From NCBI GenBank assembly GCA_951406725.2, contig OX597822.1, positions 99,758,001 to 99,822,000 of the forward strand: 64,000 nucleotides of DNA, in the 5' to 3' direction. Positions 12,344 through 25,656 of the stretch are shown piece by piece. Position 1 is the first letter of the stretch. Every line of letters starts with the position of its first letter. The notes below the pieces were generated by a model. The model was not told the DNA's origin and did no database searches. It saw only the letters and a program-made list of their open reading frames with translations. This DNA comes from Octopus vulgaris (Eukaryota). A program made the position numbers and the translations under genes.

Positions 12344-14061
12344 TTAGCAAACCAACACAGAGTTTGGGTCATATAAATCAATTGTATTTTCAACTGTTTT
12401 GCTGGTGCATGTAATCTTTAGATTTGTTAAAATTAGAATGAAGACATTTTATTATGAAATGAAAACCCTTATAAAAAATAATTGTAAATTCTTCTTTCTT
12501 ATTGAATGCTATGGACAATCCATATATCAATCTTATATTTAAAAATTAATTTCACACAATCTGCCATTTACTCCAATAGCAACAAACTTTCTATATTTGA
12601 ATTAAAATCTATCCAATACCTTTCAATTGCTTAAGTACAAAGTTTTTACTCAACAGATGGAAAAAACAATAAATTCAATCTCTACTTTGCCATGAAGATT
12701 TTTTCAAATAGTAAATATAGTTATCACCTAGATTAAAAGAACATATAATTTTTATAAAACAGATATATGATTTCTGTTGGCTTGTTTGTTTTGTTTTTTA
12801 AAACTCTTCCATCATGCCATCCTTTAATTTACTTTTACATTAAAATATTGGATTTCAAACAATTTCTACATACCATTTTTTTTGTGTGCAAGTATGTGTG
12901 TGTGTGTCTGTCTGTCTGTGTTTTCCATTATACTGAAATTGTTTAGTTTTCTTTTTAATAGTTAAATAATTTGGACATATAATTTCATCTTTCAAAAATA
13001 TTATTCCATTTATACAATCTTTCTATTCCTTTCAGACTAAAATTAAGATAAAATTGATGGCTTCTTTCTAGTTTTTAATGAATATGAATATTTACTTTTT
13101 CTTATTTACAAAACATAAAGAATTGACATAAATAGTTTGAAATCTTTCAAGAATCTTTAAATACAGTAAGATATTGCAGTTTTATCTTTGTTTCCCTCTT
13201 TTCCATGTTTTTTTTTTTTTTGTTCAATTCCAGCATCTTGCTGAATAGATGATGGAGTTTCTTTAACAAAATGTCTTCAGTCATCTTCAATGCACATTAA
13301 AAAATGAAGCTCCACCTGTAAATTACAGTTGTATAACTGTTCCATCTTCACAGGTGTGGTTCTTTCATTTGCACCACTGACAGAAAACTGAAGCAAAAGC
13401 TGTTATACATGTGTTGCATTGAGCTCAACAAACACACTGACAGTATTCATAACAAAGAAAAATAAAGTCATGAGTCTATTGGCTGCTTGACCACAGAACC
13501 CACTATCATTATCATCTCTCTTTTGCTGGTACATGTGGAAATACGTCTAGTTCACACTACAAAGTGATTGACAAATGACCAGAGAAATTGTAAGGTTTTA
13601 GGTTCCCTTTAGTCCTGTTTCACTAAGGACTTATCAACGTCTCTCATTTCAGTGATATGATAAAATGCACACAGTATACTCTGTAATGCTTTCTTGCATG
13701 GTTAGTCTAGGATATAGAGTTCATTTTGTAGAGTGGCTAGTGAGAGGAAGGACATCCAATCATAGAAGCCATGTCAAAATGACACATACAACAGTTTATG
13801 AGTGTAGTAGATCCCAATAAAAAATGATGACAATACACATATCTGTCTGTCTGCCTGTCTATCAATCAATCATTCAATCTACCTATCTATATATGTAGGT
13901 ATTCAATAACCATTATATATATATATATATGTATATAATGACCATTATACATCATCATCATCGCTTCATGTTTGCTTTCCATGCTGGCATGGGTTGGACA
14001 ATTGTGTGCATGTTTAGTGTGCATGCATATGTATGTGTGTATTCATGTATATTAATATGTA

Positions 14062-14099
<38 letters not shown>

Positions 14100-14102
<3 letters not shown>

Positions 14103-14862
14103 TTTACTTGTTTTAGGCATTTGACTGTGGCCATGCTGGAGCATTGCCTTTAGTCGAGCAAATCGCCCCCAGGGCTTATTCTTTGTAAGCCTAGTACTTA
14201 TTCTATCGGTCTCTTTTGCCGAAACGCTAAGTTATGGGGACGTAAACACACCACCATCAGTTGTCAAGTGATGTTGGGGGAACAAACACAGACACACAAA
14301 CATATATATATATATACTAGCAGTATCGCCCGGCGTTGCTCAGGTTTGTAAGGGAAATAACTATAAAGCATTTTTAGAGAGTTATAGCCAAAAAATAGCA
14401 AAAAATGGAAAAAAATGATAGTAAATTTTTTTGAGAGTTAAAAAAGGTGGAGTTGCGTCCCCTAGACAGTTTGTGGTTTGTGTTTCTGATTCTCGACCCC
14501 ATGTGGAATTTATTGATTTTTTTCAGAACTGGGGGAACTTTTCAAAATTTTCGCTGCGTTAGTTTTGAATTATGACATTGGACTATGTGTGTGTCAAGTT
14601 TCATCAGAATTGGTTGAAAGCCGTGGTCAGGGTGAGGGTACAAGCAAACAGACACACAGAAACACACACAGACAAACTGCCGTTTATATAGAGAGAGATG
14701 ACAGGCTTCTTTCAGTTTCCGTCTACCAAATCCACTCACAAGGCTTTGGTCGGCCCAAGTCTATAGTAGAAGACACTTGCCCAAGGTGCCACACATTGGG
14801 AATGAACCCAGAATCATGTGGTTGGTAAGCAAGCTACTTACCACACAGCCACTCCTGCGCCT
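14100..14862 (-). mobile_element. SINE-A copy split by a Helitron
   Basis: 3' body 14100-14316 and head 14699-14862 rejoin cleanly once 14317-14698 is removed. Confidence 0.9.
14317..14698 (-). mobile_element. Non-autonomous Helitron nested in SINE-A
   Basis: CTAG at 14317-14320, hairpin GCCCGGCGTTGCTCAGG, GA|T at 14697-14699; A|T target inside the SINE TA tract. Confidence 0.88.
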
Positions 14863-15029
14863 ATATAATAAATTGTATGGTATACACCTGGTAGTTTACT
14901 GGTAAAGCAGATTCACTTTCACGGTGTTCATTGAGAATTTGATGAGAGATAGAACATGGAAGATATGAGAATGTTTATTTATCACTACAATTGTTTCAAT
15001 CCATCTAGCATGTGTGTGTGTGCATGCAT

Positions 15030-15443
15030 ACTTTACTTTTAGTTTACTTTTACTTGTTTCAGTCATTTGACTGCGGCCATGCTGGAGCACCGCCTTTAGT
15101 CGAGCAAATCGACTCCGGGACTTATTCTTTGTAAGCCCAGTACTTATTCTATCGGTCTCTTTTTGCCGAACCGCTAAGTGACGGGGACGTAAACACACCA
15201 GCATCGGTTGTCAAGCAATGTTAGGGGGACAAACACAGACACACAAATATACATATATATATATATATATATACATACATACGACAGGCTTCTTTCAGTT
15301 TCCATCTACCAAATCCACTCACAAGGCTTTGGTCGGCCCGAGGCTATAGTAGAAGACATTTGCCCAAGATGCCACGCAGTGGGACTGAACCCGGAACCAT
15401 GTAGTTCATAAGCAAGCTACTTACCACACAGCCACTCCTGTGC
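15030..15443 (-). mobile_element. SINE-A, full length
   Basis: Near-identical to the other SINE-A copies. Confidence 0.92.
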
Positions 15444-16353
15444 ATGTACACACACACATATATACAGAAAGAGAGAGAGAAAGAAAAGAGAGAGGAGGAG
15501 GAGGAAGAAATGTCTGCCCAGAAATACAGTTTTGTTTATGAATTTAAATATAGAAAATATTTTATTATATTCTAATTTGCAAAGACGCATGAAAATGTAA
15601 CGCAAACTTTTTATCTCTATAAGGAAAAGGTTAAGAATTGAAGTCAAAATAAGCTTTAATTTCAATTCCCAGTTAGAACAATTTTCTTTATGTCAACAAA
15701 ACCATTGGAAATAATATAATAAATATTCAAAAAAATACATTATTGTTGCTCTTCTCTTCATTGGTGCTAAGAGAAGAAAAATTCTGAATTTAGAATAAAG
15801 AGAAGAATGTAACGAAGTGGCTATTTATATTTTACATAATTATTTATATAAATGAAAGAATGTAAAGGGTGGGATAATTCTGAAATCCAGAGACATGGCT
15901 TTTATAAAATAGGGGTGAATTCTGGCTTTTCCAAAAGGGTCAGACATGGCTATATGGTTTAGAAGCTTACTTCCTGGTAGTTTGATCTCAACGCCTTGAG
16001 CAACTGTCTTTTACTATAGCTCCAAGTCAACCAAACCCTTGTGAGTGGATTTGGTAGAGTTAAACTGTAAAAAAGCCAGTTGTATATGTATATATGCCAA
16101 TTGTGTCTTCACATGATGTAATGGTTGTAATCAACCATTACTGTCATTCGTTTCCAATTTTCTGTGAAGAATATGTTTGACCATGAGGAAAAATTACCTT
16201 ACTTGGAGACAGGTGAGGGTTGGTAACACAAAGGACATCCAGTTGTAGAACAACCTGTCTCAATGAATTGTGCCTGACCCATGAAAAAACATGGATGTGT
16301 TAGCTCACAATAACGGTGATGACAATGAAGAAGAAGAAGAAAAAGAAGAAGAG

Positions 16354-16386
<33 letters not shown>

Positions 16387-16803
16387 ATCTCTCCCTTTTG
16401 CGCTAATCTTAGTTGAAGAAAATCCTAATTCACATGTATGTTGGAGAAAATGAAATCAAAATAGACTTTCTTTCCTTTATTGAGTTTTATGAGAGGTCAT
16501 TCCCTTCTAACAGAAATCTGAAATACGTTACCAGGTAACTTTGCAAGCTTGATATTTTTTTTATTATTTTTTTTTAGGTTTGTGATCATTAGATACAGAA
16601 CACAATTCTTCTTCAAATAATTACAAACCTACATCAAATAAAAGTTTTTTACAATGAGGTTATGAACTCACTCCTAATTATATATTGTTAATGATATGAA
16701 ATAAAAGTTTAATTTCTCTAGCAGAATTATCAAATACTCAACTTTACTATGTCATCTCTTTTATGTTGGTTTCATGTATTAACAGGAATGCTTAGCTTAA
16801 GTC

Positions 16804-16835
<32 letters not shown>

Positions 16836-16841
16836 CATATA

Positions 16842-17080
16842 TCATCATCATCATCATCGTTTAACGTCTGTTTTCCATGTTAGCATGGGTTGGACAGTTC
16901 AACAGGGGTCTGGGAAGCCAAGAAGCTGCACCAGGCTCCAGTCTGATCTGGCAGTGTTTCTACAGCTGGATGCCCTTCCTAATGCCAACCACTCCGTGAG
17001 TGTAGGGGGTGCTTTTTACATGCTACCGGCACAGGTGCCAGGGGAGGCTGGCAATGGCCACAATTGGTTGGTACTTTTTA
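16842..17080 (-). mobile_element. RTE-LINE 3' tail copy
   Basis: (CAT)n-CGTTTAACGTC, CATGGGTTGGAC and GGATGCCCTTCCTAATGCCAACCACTC blocks. Confidence 0.85.
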
Positions 17081-17980
17081 ACACATATATTTATATATAT
17101 TTATAGAGACACATATATACATACACACACACACACATATATATATATGTATGTATGTATAAATTTATGTACATATATATAAATATATATATATATACAT
17201 TTATGCATACATACATATATGTATTTTTGGAAAATCAATCTATTTATTTCCAAGGTGAGATTATTTCCATCTTTGGCACATGCTTGCATTGACACTGTTG
17301 TTCACCTCTTTTTGATGTGTAAATATTTCTGTTAAATATTCCAGTCTAGAAATCCAAAATTGGATATTCTATTTGGAAATCGAATGGAAAAACACATTAG
17401 CAATCAAGCCATAGGTAATGTATTTTATGAAAATGGTTTTAAAGCTTATTCTCTTGCAGAAATACAATACCTGTCAAAAGTGTTAGATATGTAAGGCATG
17501 GATATATATATATATATATATATATCCATGGTAGATTGCTACTGGGCTGATAAAACGACTTTTTTCACTTTTCACAATAACGATGGAAGAATGTCAGTGT
17601 GGAGAGAATAAAATTGTAGGTATAACGGTTTTGCTGCTATATTTCTTTTGAAATACACTATTTCTGTTCCACTTGATTCTGAAAATAATGAAGCTGACCT
17701 GGAGGAGAGAGAGCAAGTCATTGATGAGGTTGTGAATAGCAATGAAAGGACTTTGGACAAACAACTGATTGATTGTCTTTTTTTAATCAACAAATTAAGC
17801 AAATGATTCATTAATTAGATGGTTAGGTAACTAACCAATTCACTAACAATAAAGGAATGAAACTGAACCAATGTGTGTATCTACTGTTATTAGCATAATG
17901 ACCCTCCCTAAATACAATATGAACAGTGAAATACATGTCATTCTTTAGCTGATGTTTGAATTATATATATCTGCTTTTTT

Positions 17981-18422
17981 TCTCTTTTACTTGTTTCAGT
18001 CATTTGACTATGGCCATGCTGGAGCACCGCCTTTAGTCGAGCAAATTGACCCCAGGACTTATTCTTTGTAAGCCTAGTACTTTTTCTATTGGTCTCTTTT
18101 GTTGAACCACTAAATTACGGGGACGTAAACACACCAGCATCGGTTATCAAGCGATGTTGGGGGGACAAACACGGACACACAAACATATACACACACGTAC
18201 ACACATATATATATATATATGTATATATATAATGATGATTTACATATATACATATATACAACAGGCTTCTTTCAGTTTCCGTCTTCCAAATCCACTCACA
18301 AGGCTTTGGTTGGCCCGAGGCTATAGTAGAAGACACTTGCCCAAGGTGCCACGCAGTGGGACTGAACCCAGAACCATGTGGTTGGTAAGCAAGCTACTTA
18401 CTACACAGCTACTCCTACGCTT
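17981..18422 (-). mobile_element. SINE-A, full length
   Basis: Same head, CORE-like segment and tail as the other copies. Confidence 0.92.
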
Positions 18423-18487
18423 ATGGAAACATTTAATTTAGATCACTTTAAAACATGAAATTTACATCATAGAGCAATACATATATA

Positions 18488-18523
<36 letters not shown>

Positions 18524-19984
18524 TATGTATATATCTACATACATATACATATATACTTACATACACACACACAAACATATAAGGATGGAGCAAGAAAATA
18601 TTTATGTAGGAGTTGGATGATGATGATTGCTGATGAAGAGGATGACAGTGAAGATCACAATGACCAGAATTAGGGAAAAGGGATGGCAACAACAACGCTG
18701 ATGATGATGATGATAAGGAGGGAGAGGAGAATGCATGCCTTACAGAAATGTTGGCAAATTAGCATTTATTGATGTAATATCAAATGCAATCCCTTATGTA
18801 TAAATAGATGTTATTAGCCAAAACATTTATCTCAAGCTGCCAGGCAGCTCAATTTTTGGATGTTTAAATTCAAGATAATAATGATACAATAAACTTCAGC
18901 ATGCTCTCAAGATCATTTATTACCCTGGCCTTCCCAACCACCTGATTTCAACCTCATTAGAAATTTTATGGGCAATTTCAAAAATTAAAAGAGTTTAAAA
19001 AATCTCAGAATAAAAGTCATTCATGTTAGCATACTGCTAAAAAATATATATTAGCCAAAGATGCAGTATCAATACTGAAAAGAGCTAATGTAAGAGTTTC
19101 TCCCATAGTAACTACTCCAGTATAGCTTGTTCTAACAGAACATCCAGTATTGGGATAAATATTACCTCTCTGTTAGATCACTGAATCCCTAAAAAATTCA
19201 AAGCTTCCCAAAATTTACCATCACTATTCTTGATATGCTTATATATCTTTTCCTTTACTGGTTCTTTTACTGTTCTTCTTTCTGTCTTTTTGTGTTTTTT
19301 TTCTTGCGTACTATGTATGCACTTTTGGATACCATTGTTGTTGTTTTGCTTTCTTCACTCATTGCTGCATTCTGTTTCCTCTTTTACTCTTTTCAGATGA
19401 GTTAGATGGCAACTGACCGTCCTGGGAAGGTGGGGGCATATAAAACTTTAGGGGGTCTAGGCAAGCAAAATAGTAAATTGGGAATCTATGTAGTATTCAA
19501 GGGGTCCAGACATATTTACTATGAGAAACAATTAAGTACCTTTTTCTAGTGTTTTACACAGTTTAACATGTTTTCAGTCACTGAAACATGGTCTCTCAGA
19601 AAGTGTTACTGCAAACTTACTCAAGTGAATGGGTAAAAAACGAAATAGGAATTTTGAAAGAAGTATTTATAAAAGTAGTCTTTAAACTTCAAATGGTTAT
19701 GGGGGTCCACTGCAATAAAATAGTAACCAAAGGGGTCCATAGATACCATAGAACCACTGGTTTACAAGAAGCCCAGTATTTGTATAAATATGTAGGAGAA
19801 ATAAATAAATGGACAAATTTGAAAGGTTAGTATCATCCAGAAAATTGATAAGTGCCATTCTCAGTACTAAAGGTGGTCATATCAGGTATTGTTTTTTTTT
19901 TTACCTACAAAATCTCTGTATTAATAAGAAATATGATAAACTCAAATTTATATCATTTGTTCCATATGTGTGTTTCACCATTGT

Positions 19985-20317
19985 GAAGCCGCATGGCTCA
20001 GTGGTTAGAGCGTCGAACTTACAACTGTGAGGTTGTGAGTCTGAATCCTGGACCAGGCTGTGCGTTGTGTTCTTGAGCAAGAAACTTTATTTCACGTTGC
20101 TCCAGTTCACTCAGCTGTAGAAATGAGTTGTGACATCACTGGTACCAAGCTGTATCGGCCTTTGCCTTTCCCTTAGATAACATCAGTGGTGTGGAGAGGA
20201 GAGGCTGGCATACATGGATGACTGCTGGTCTTCCATAAACAACTTTGCCCAGACTTGTGCCTCAGAGGGTAACTCTCTAGGTGCAATCCCATGGTCATTC
20301 GTGACCGAAGGGGGTCT
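19985..20317 (+). mobile_element. SINE-D: tRNA-derived SINE with CORE-like segment
   Basis: A box TGGCTCAGTGG, degenerate B box GAGTCTGAATCC, then TGTGTTCTTGAGCAAG..CACTCAGCTGTAGAAATGAG. Confidence 0.75.
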
Positions 20318-20458
20318 CCTCCGTGTTTCACCATTGTAGTTGTTTAGAACCCTTGCAATGGCTGTTTCAAGGGTCTCTGATATTTGATCTCTGTGACACA
20401 ATGCTATTAAGTGCTCACCTGATGATCTGTTGTGGTTAAGCATCCACTTGCACTAGAA

Positions 20459-20678
20459 CATTGCTTTTCAAACTTTTTGCTGGAGCGGAACCCCAAGCAA
20501 ACATTCCACTGGCTCGGGGAACCCCCAATGCAATAATTTAATAGTCTTATGCACACATATCTGCACAGGAAAATTAAAAATCACTGCCGATTTTAGCAGT
20601 TTTGTAACTTCTTGCGGAACCCCTGGACTGTAATGGCGGAACCCTAAGTTTCCGCGGAACACTGGTTGAAAATCACTG
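20459..20678. mobile_element. hAT (Charlie/Buster-like) MITE
   Basis: TIRs CATTGCTTTTCAA / TTGAAAATCACTG; perfect 8-bp TSD CACTAGAA at 20451-20458 and 20679-20686 with central TA. Confidence 0.9.
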
Positions 20679-20966
20679 CACTAGAAACATCCAATGCAGT
20701 GGTTCCAAACAACCATAACAATGAAATATAGAATATATAAACATTTGTTTATCATGATTTCTCCTACACTTGCTCTGTATGCAATACCCAGTTATACTAC
20801 TATGTATAAGCATATACTACTAAGTATACCAATGCATTTTACTGGAAGCAGACTTGATGATAATCTACAAAGAGATCAAAACTCAACAATTGCAGTCATA
20901 CATCTAGCTGTACACCACACAAGTTGTACTATTTAAAAAAAAAAACTTATATTATTAATTTGATTA

Positions 20967-21128
20967 GGGCACATGAGTGGCTGTGTGGTAAGTAGATTGC
21001 TTACCAGCCACATGGTTCCAGGTTCAGTCCCACAGATGGCGCCTTGGGCAAGTGTCTTCTACTATAGCCTTGGGCTGACCAAAGCCTTGTGAGTGGATTT
21101 GGTAGACGAAAACTGAAAGAAGCCTGTC

Positions 21129-21191
<63 letters not shown>

Positions 21192-21390
21192 TGTGTCTGT
21201 GTTTGTCCTCCCAACATTGCTTGACAACCGATGCTGGTGTGTTTACGTCCCCGTAACTTAGCGGTTTTGCAAAGTGACCAATAGAATAAGTACTAGGTTT
21301 ACAAAGAATAAGTCCTGGGGTCGATTTGCTCGACTAAAGGCGGTGCTCCAGCATGGCCACAGTCAAATGACTGAAACAAGTAAAAGAAAA
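20967..21390 (+). mobile_element. SINE-A, full length
   Basis: Same family blocks as above. Confidence 0.92.
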
Positions 21391-21540
21391 AGAAAGAAAG
21401 GAAAGGGTGAAAAATAATTTGTGCATTTTGTTATCTATTAATGTTTTTGTTTCCTAAAAAAGACATGGCTTTGTTTGTAGATATATTTCAAAATTATCAA
21501 AGACTTTAAATATAGAATTCCAGTTTTTATTTTTCATGTT

Positions 21541-21885
21541 TCATGGCCGTTTGCCAGCACTGTCTGGCCCCCGTGTTGGTGGCACATAAAAGCACCATCC
21601 GTTCGTGTCCGTTGCCAACCTCGCCTGTCCCCGTGCCGGTGACACGTAAAAGCACCATCCGTTCGTTCGTGGCCGTTTGCCAGCTCTGTCTGGCACCTGT
21701 GCGGGTGGCACGTAAAAAGCACCCACTACACTCACAGAGTGGTTGGCGTTAGGAAGGGCATCCAGCCGTAGAAACACTGCCAGATCTGACTGGGCCTGAT
21801 GAAGCCTTCCAGCTTCACAGACCCCAGTTGAACCGTCCAACCCATGCTAGCATGGAAAACGGACGCTAAATGATGATGATGATGA
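21541..21885 (+). mobile_element. RTE-LINE 3' tail copy with three AAAAGCACC sub-repeats
   Basis: Ends CCATGCTAGCATGGAAAACGGACGCTAAATGATGATGAT. Confidence 0.88.
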
Positions 21886-21899
21886 TATTACAACAATGA

Positions 21900-22202
21900 G
21901 AGTTTTAGCTGATCTAATCAATGAAACAGGCTTCTCATGAAATTAACATGCAAGTGGCTGAGTACTCCATAGACATGCAGACCCTTAATGTAGTTCTCAG
22001 AGAGACTCAGCATGACCCAAAATGTGACAAGGTTGGCCCTTTGAATAGCAGGTATAATTCATTTTTACCAAGTGAGTGGACTAGACTGGAGCAATGTGAA
22101 ATAATGTATTTTTGCACAAGGACACAACACCCTGCTGTGAATCAAACTCACAACCTTATGATCATGAGCCAGACACCCTAACCACTAAGCCATGTACCTT
22201 CA
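21900..22202 (-). mobile_element. SINE-D-related, diverged
   Basis: Minus strand head ATGGCTTAGTGGTTAGGGTG, then TGTGTCCTTGTGCAAAA; related copies at 39595-39775, 42940-43050 and 52370-52485. Confidence 0.65.
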
Positions 22203-22381
22203 TATATTATTTTATTCTTTTACTTGTGTCAGTCATTTGACTGCAGCCATGCCGGAGCACTGCCTTTAGTTAAGCAAACCAACCCCAGAACTTATTCTTT
22301 GTAAGCCTAGTACTTATTGTATTGGTCTCATATATGTATACATAGTAGCTGGTTTTAGAATCTCTGAACAGTATGAAACCA

Positions 22382-22580
22382 TAATGTCTGTATCACTTTT
22401 ATGTGGCCGTTCTGTGCAGAACAAATGTTACTGCATTTTAACCCCAGAAAAACATCTTTTCCCACTGGTTAACAACACACAACCTGTATCTGTCCCTTAC
22501 TCGCAATAAAACAGGCACAGGTTGTATTTGAACATTTGTTCTGCATAGAACAACCATGTAAAAGTGGTACAGACATTACA

Positions 22581-22583
<3 letters not shown>
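22382..22583. mobile_element. MITE with ~48-bp TIRs (Tc1/mariner-like, ends CAG|TA)
   Basis: 22382-22429 is the imperfect reverse complement of 22531-22578; internal hairpin ACAACCTGT..ACAGGTTGT. Confidence 0.7.
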
Positions 22584-22608
<25 letters not shown>

Positions 22609-22620
<12 letters not shown>

Positions 22621-22825
22621 AAACAAGTAAAAAATAGAAAATGCTAAAATAATTTTATAGTGAACATTTCAGTACGGTTTCGGTCATTTTGAGACCTTTT
22701 CAACAGTTGAAAAGGTCTCAAAATGACGATACTGAAATGTTCACTATAAAATTATTTTAGCATTTTCTATTTTTTACTTGTTTTTTCATATATATCAACT
22801 CGTGTGTTCCTTTTCACCCTTATAC
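22609..22825. mobile_element. Near-perfect palindrome of two divergent HHR-bearing pLTR-like arms (family 3) inside (TA)n
   Basis: Arms of about 95 bp mirrored at position 22705; the right arm has a small deletion removing CGAAAC. Confidence 0.8.
22670..22706 (-). ncRNA. Hammerhead-like motif with U3-A8 core (family 3)
   Basis: C(A/T)G-TTGAAAA-GGTC-TCAAAAT-GACC-GAAA-CCG-TA-CTG; the plus arm supplies CAG, which pairs with CTG. Confidence 0.55.
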
Positions 22826-23814
22826 ATATATATATATATATATATATATATGATATGATGATGATGATGATGATGATTATTACTGACTGAGGCAAAAAGC
22901 CAGCAATTTTTAGGGAAGGCAGTTATTTGATGTCATTAATCCTAGTGAGTGACATGTTATTTTACTGACTGTGGGCAAATGAAAGGCAAAATTGGCTTCA
23001 GTAGGATTTGAACTCAGAATATAAAGCGCCATAACCAAATACTGAAAGGTACTTTTTAACAGGTGTTCTAACAATTCTGCCAATCCAGTGCCCTATAATT
23101 TTATTATTTTCATGTTGCACTTAGCTGCAACTCCTGGCACATCCTTCAGGAAAACCCACCATACTTGAGAAAGAAAATTTCAAAACCCTGATAGCTGAAA
23201 TAATGAAGGTAGTAGAGAAAGTCATTGGTTACAATAGAATAGAGTTAAGACAGAATTTGGTTAGGGTGGGATAGAATATGATTGTATAAGCAACAATTGA
23301 AAAGTTCTTTTATCAGTGAGAAGTTCCTACCATTCTTGTTTAGTCCCAGATCAGTACTGGTCAAGACCAAACAGATCTATAACCATATGTGTTTAAGCTG
23401 TAATCATCCCTATTATTATTTCACAACCATCAGAGCATGAAGCACTCCCCATGAACGCAGGTTCATGAGATGGCTGTGATCTATAAACAGTTTTGAGTAG
23501 GAACTAGAAAGAATAGTATGAATACACAATGCGCATGTGCACACTGAATTCGTAAAATGGAAGAGAAGAATAAAACAAGTTATATGATGGACTGCCTGCC
23601 ATATCTGACACCACTATCATGCAGCTTTACTGCAATTTTCGTCTTATAATTATTTTCAAGTAAAGGATATCTAAAATTAAATAACCTGATAGGTCCTATC
23701 TTTTTGAAAATGGTAGAGAGTGATTTCAGAGAATTTGATTCCAACTTCTCACTGATCAGAAGATCACCTAAAAGCTCTCTTGTTGGCCGTGAGAAGTTCT
23801 AGGATACCAACTTC

Positions 23815-24160
23815 TTCGTCATCATCATCATCATCGTTTAACATCCGTTTTCCATGCTAGCATGGGTTGGACGGTACGACCGGGATCTGGGAAGCCAGGA
23901 AGCTGCACCAGGCTCCAGTCTGATCTAGCAGTGTTTCTACAGCTGGATACCCTTCCTAACGCCAACCACTCCGTGAGTGTAGTGGGTGCTTTTTATGTGC
24001 CACCAGCACATGTGCCAAAGGAGGCTGGCAACAGCCACGATCGGTTGGTGCTTTTTACATGCCACCGGCACGGAAGCCAATCAAGATGGCACTGGCATTG
24101 ACCACGTATGGATAGTGCTTTTTACATGCCACCAACACAGGTGCCAGGGGAGGGTGGCAC
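23815..24160 (-). mobile_element. RTE-LINE 3' tail copy
   Basis: Same tail blocks with (CAT)n on the plus strand. Confidence 0.87.
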
Positions 24161-24161
24161 A

Positions 24162-25066
24162 TGATCTAAATTAAAACATTCCATCAAAATTTTATATTTA
24201 TTTCTTTTCTGAACACCAGATTAATAATAAAAGTTATTTGACTAAATTCATCATTATTTCAAAAGTTAAACTGAAATCAAAGGCAACATATTTCAACAGA
24301 AATATGCTAACAAAACCATTTCTGTTAGAAAAGATATCTATGAAGGCCTGGTGGTTTGAAATTTCTGTTGATTACTTTTTGATACTAATTTGCCTGAGAC
24401 CACCCCTACTTCTAGGATTAAAACTTCTTGCTTTTAAATGATCTTAATTTAAACCTGCCATCAAAATTTCATGTAAATTTATTTCTCAAACACCAACAAA
24501 TAACGACAAAGTTATTGTACTATAAATACTTCATTATTTTAAAAATTAATCAAAATAAAGCAGTGTGTTTCAACAGAAATATGGTAACAAAAGAATTAAC
24601 CTTTTCAATACCAATCTGTCTGAGACAGCCCTGGTTCTTTGACGCAAACTTCTTGTGTTTAAATGAATTAAATTAAAACCTTCCATTAAAATTTCAATGT
24701 TTATGTTTCAAACACCAGATTAATGACAAAATTATTGTAATAAATACTTCATTATTTTTGAGATTAAGTGAAATATTTCAAGAGAATTATGGTAACAAAA
24801 GGTTGTGTGTGTCTCTTTCAGGAATGATATCAGTGGGAGCCCAGTGGTTTGAAATTTCTTTAAACTATTTAGCTCTTTTGATACCAATTGGTCTGAGATC
24901 ACTCCTAATTCTTTGATATAAATTTCCTGTTTTAATGTTTATTTATGTCCAAAACATCAGCATAGTAATGACAATGTTATTTTACTAAATTTTTCATGGT
25001 TTTCAAAATTAAATGAAACAAAGGCAAAAATGTATTTCAATAGAAACAAGTTAACAAAAGGGTTAA
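24162..25066. mobile_element. Four head-to-tail copies of a ~210-bp TTAA (piggyBac-like) MITE
   Basis: Units begin with a CCTTTTGATACC-like motif and end with a GGTAACAAAAGGG-TTAA-like motif, at about 24162 (5'-truncated), 24372, 24600 and 24870. Confidence 0.75.
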
Positions 25067-25104
25067 GATATTTGAGGGTGTCCATTAAAGCTCAGATATC
25101 AAAT

Positions 25105-25406
25105 GTGGGGGCACATGGCCTAGTGGTTAGAGCAGTGGACGCATGGTCAAGGGATCGCGGGTTCGAATCTCAGACCAGGCGATGTGTGTGTTTATGAGCG
25201 AAACACCTAAGCTCCACGCAGCTCCGGCACAAAGGTAATGGCGAAACTTCTGCTGACTCTTTCGCCACAACTTTCTCTCACTCTTTCCTCCTGCATCTTG
25301 CAGTTCACGTGCGATGGACCAACGTCCCGTCCTGGTGGGGAACCTATACACCAAGAAACCAGGAAACTGGCCCTTATGAGCCAGGCATGGCTTGAGAAGG
25401 AACAAA
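25105..25406 (+). mobile_element. SINE-E: tRNA-derived SINE with 12-bp TSD
   Basis: A box TGGCCTAGTGG, B box GGTTCGAATCT; TSD CAGATATCAAAT at 25093-25104 and 25407-25418. Confidence 0.9.
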
Positions 25407-25435
25407 CAGATATCAAATACCAAAACAGATGTTAA

Positions 25436-25656
25436 CCCTTTCATTACTGTATTTATTTTGAGATGCTCTGTGTTTCTTTCAATTATTTTAAATATAACAA
25501 AGAATTTAGTAAAATAATTTAATTATCATTAAGCTAGCATTAGGAACATAAATTGCGACTAAGGTTTGGTGGAAGATTTTAATTCAGAACTTATGAAGGC
25601 AAGACATTTGTACTACAGAGCCAGAGCCGATTTTGGCCGGGTTGGTAACAAAAGGG
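25436..25656. mobile_element. TTAA MITE (same family as 24162-25066, opposite orientation)
   Basis: TTAA|CCCTTT..GGTAACAAAAGGG|TTAA. Confidence 0.85.

Noticed and set aside
13220-13400. Possible terminal exon on either strand in unique sequence
   Set aside because: Only short frames with no recognisable protein similarity and ambiguous splice sites.
19397-19429. Strong pyrimidine tract plus CAG followed by a 33-nt exon candidate
   Set aside because: All three frames hit a stop from the acceptor, and the donor (GTGGGG) is weak and overlaps a probable hAT fragment; no corroboration.
25105-25180. tRNA-like sequences (also heads of SINE-A, -C, -D and 35925-35996)
   Set aside because: A/B boxes are present but stems are imperfect and each continues into a repeat body; these are SINE heads, not tRNA genes.
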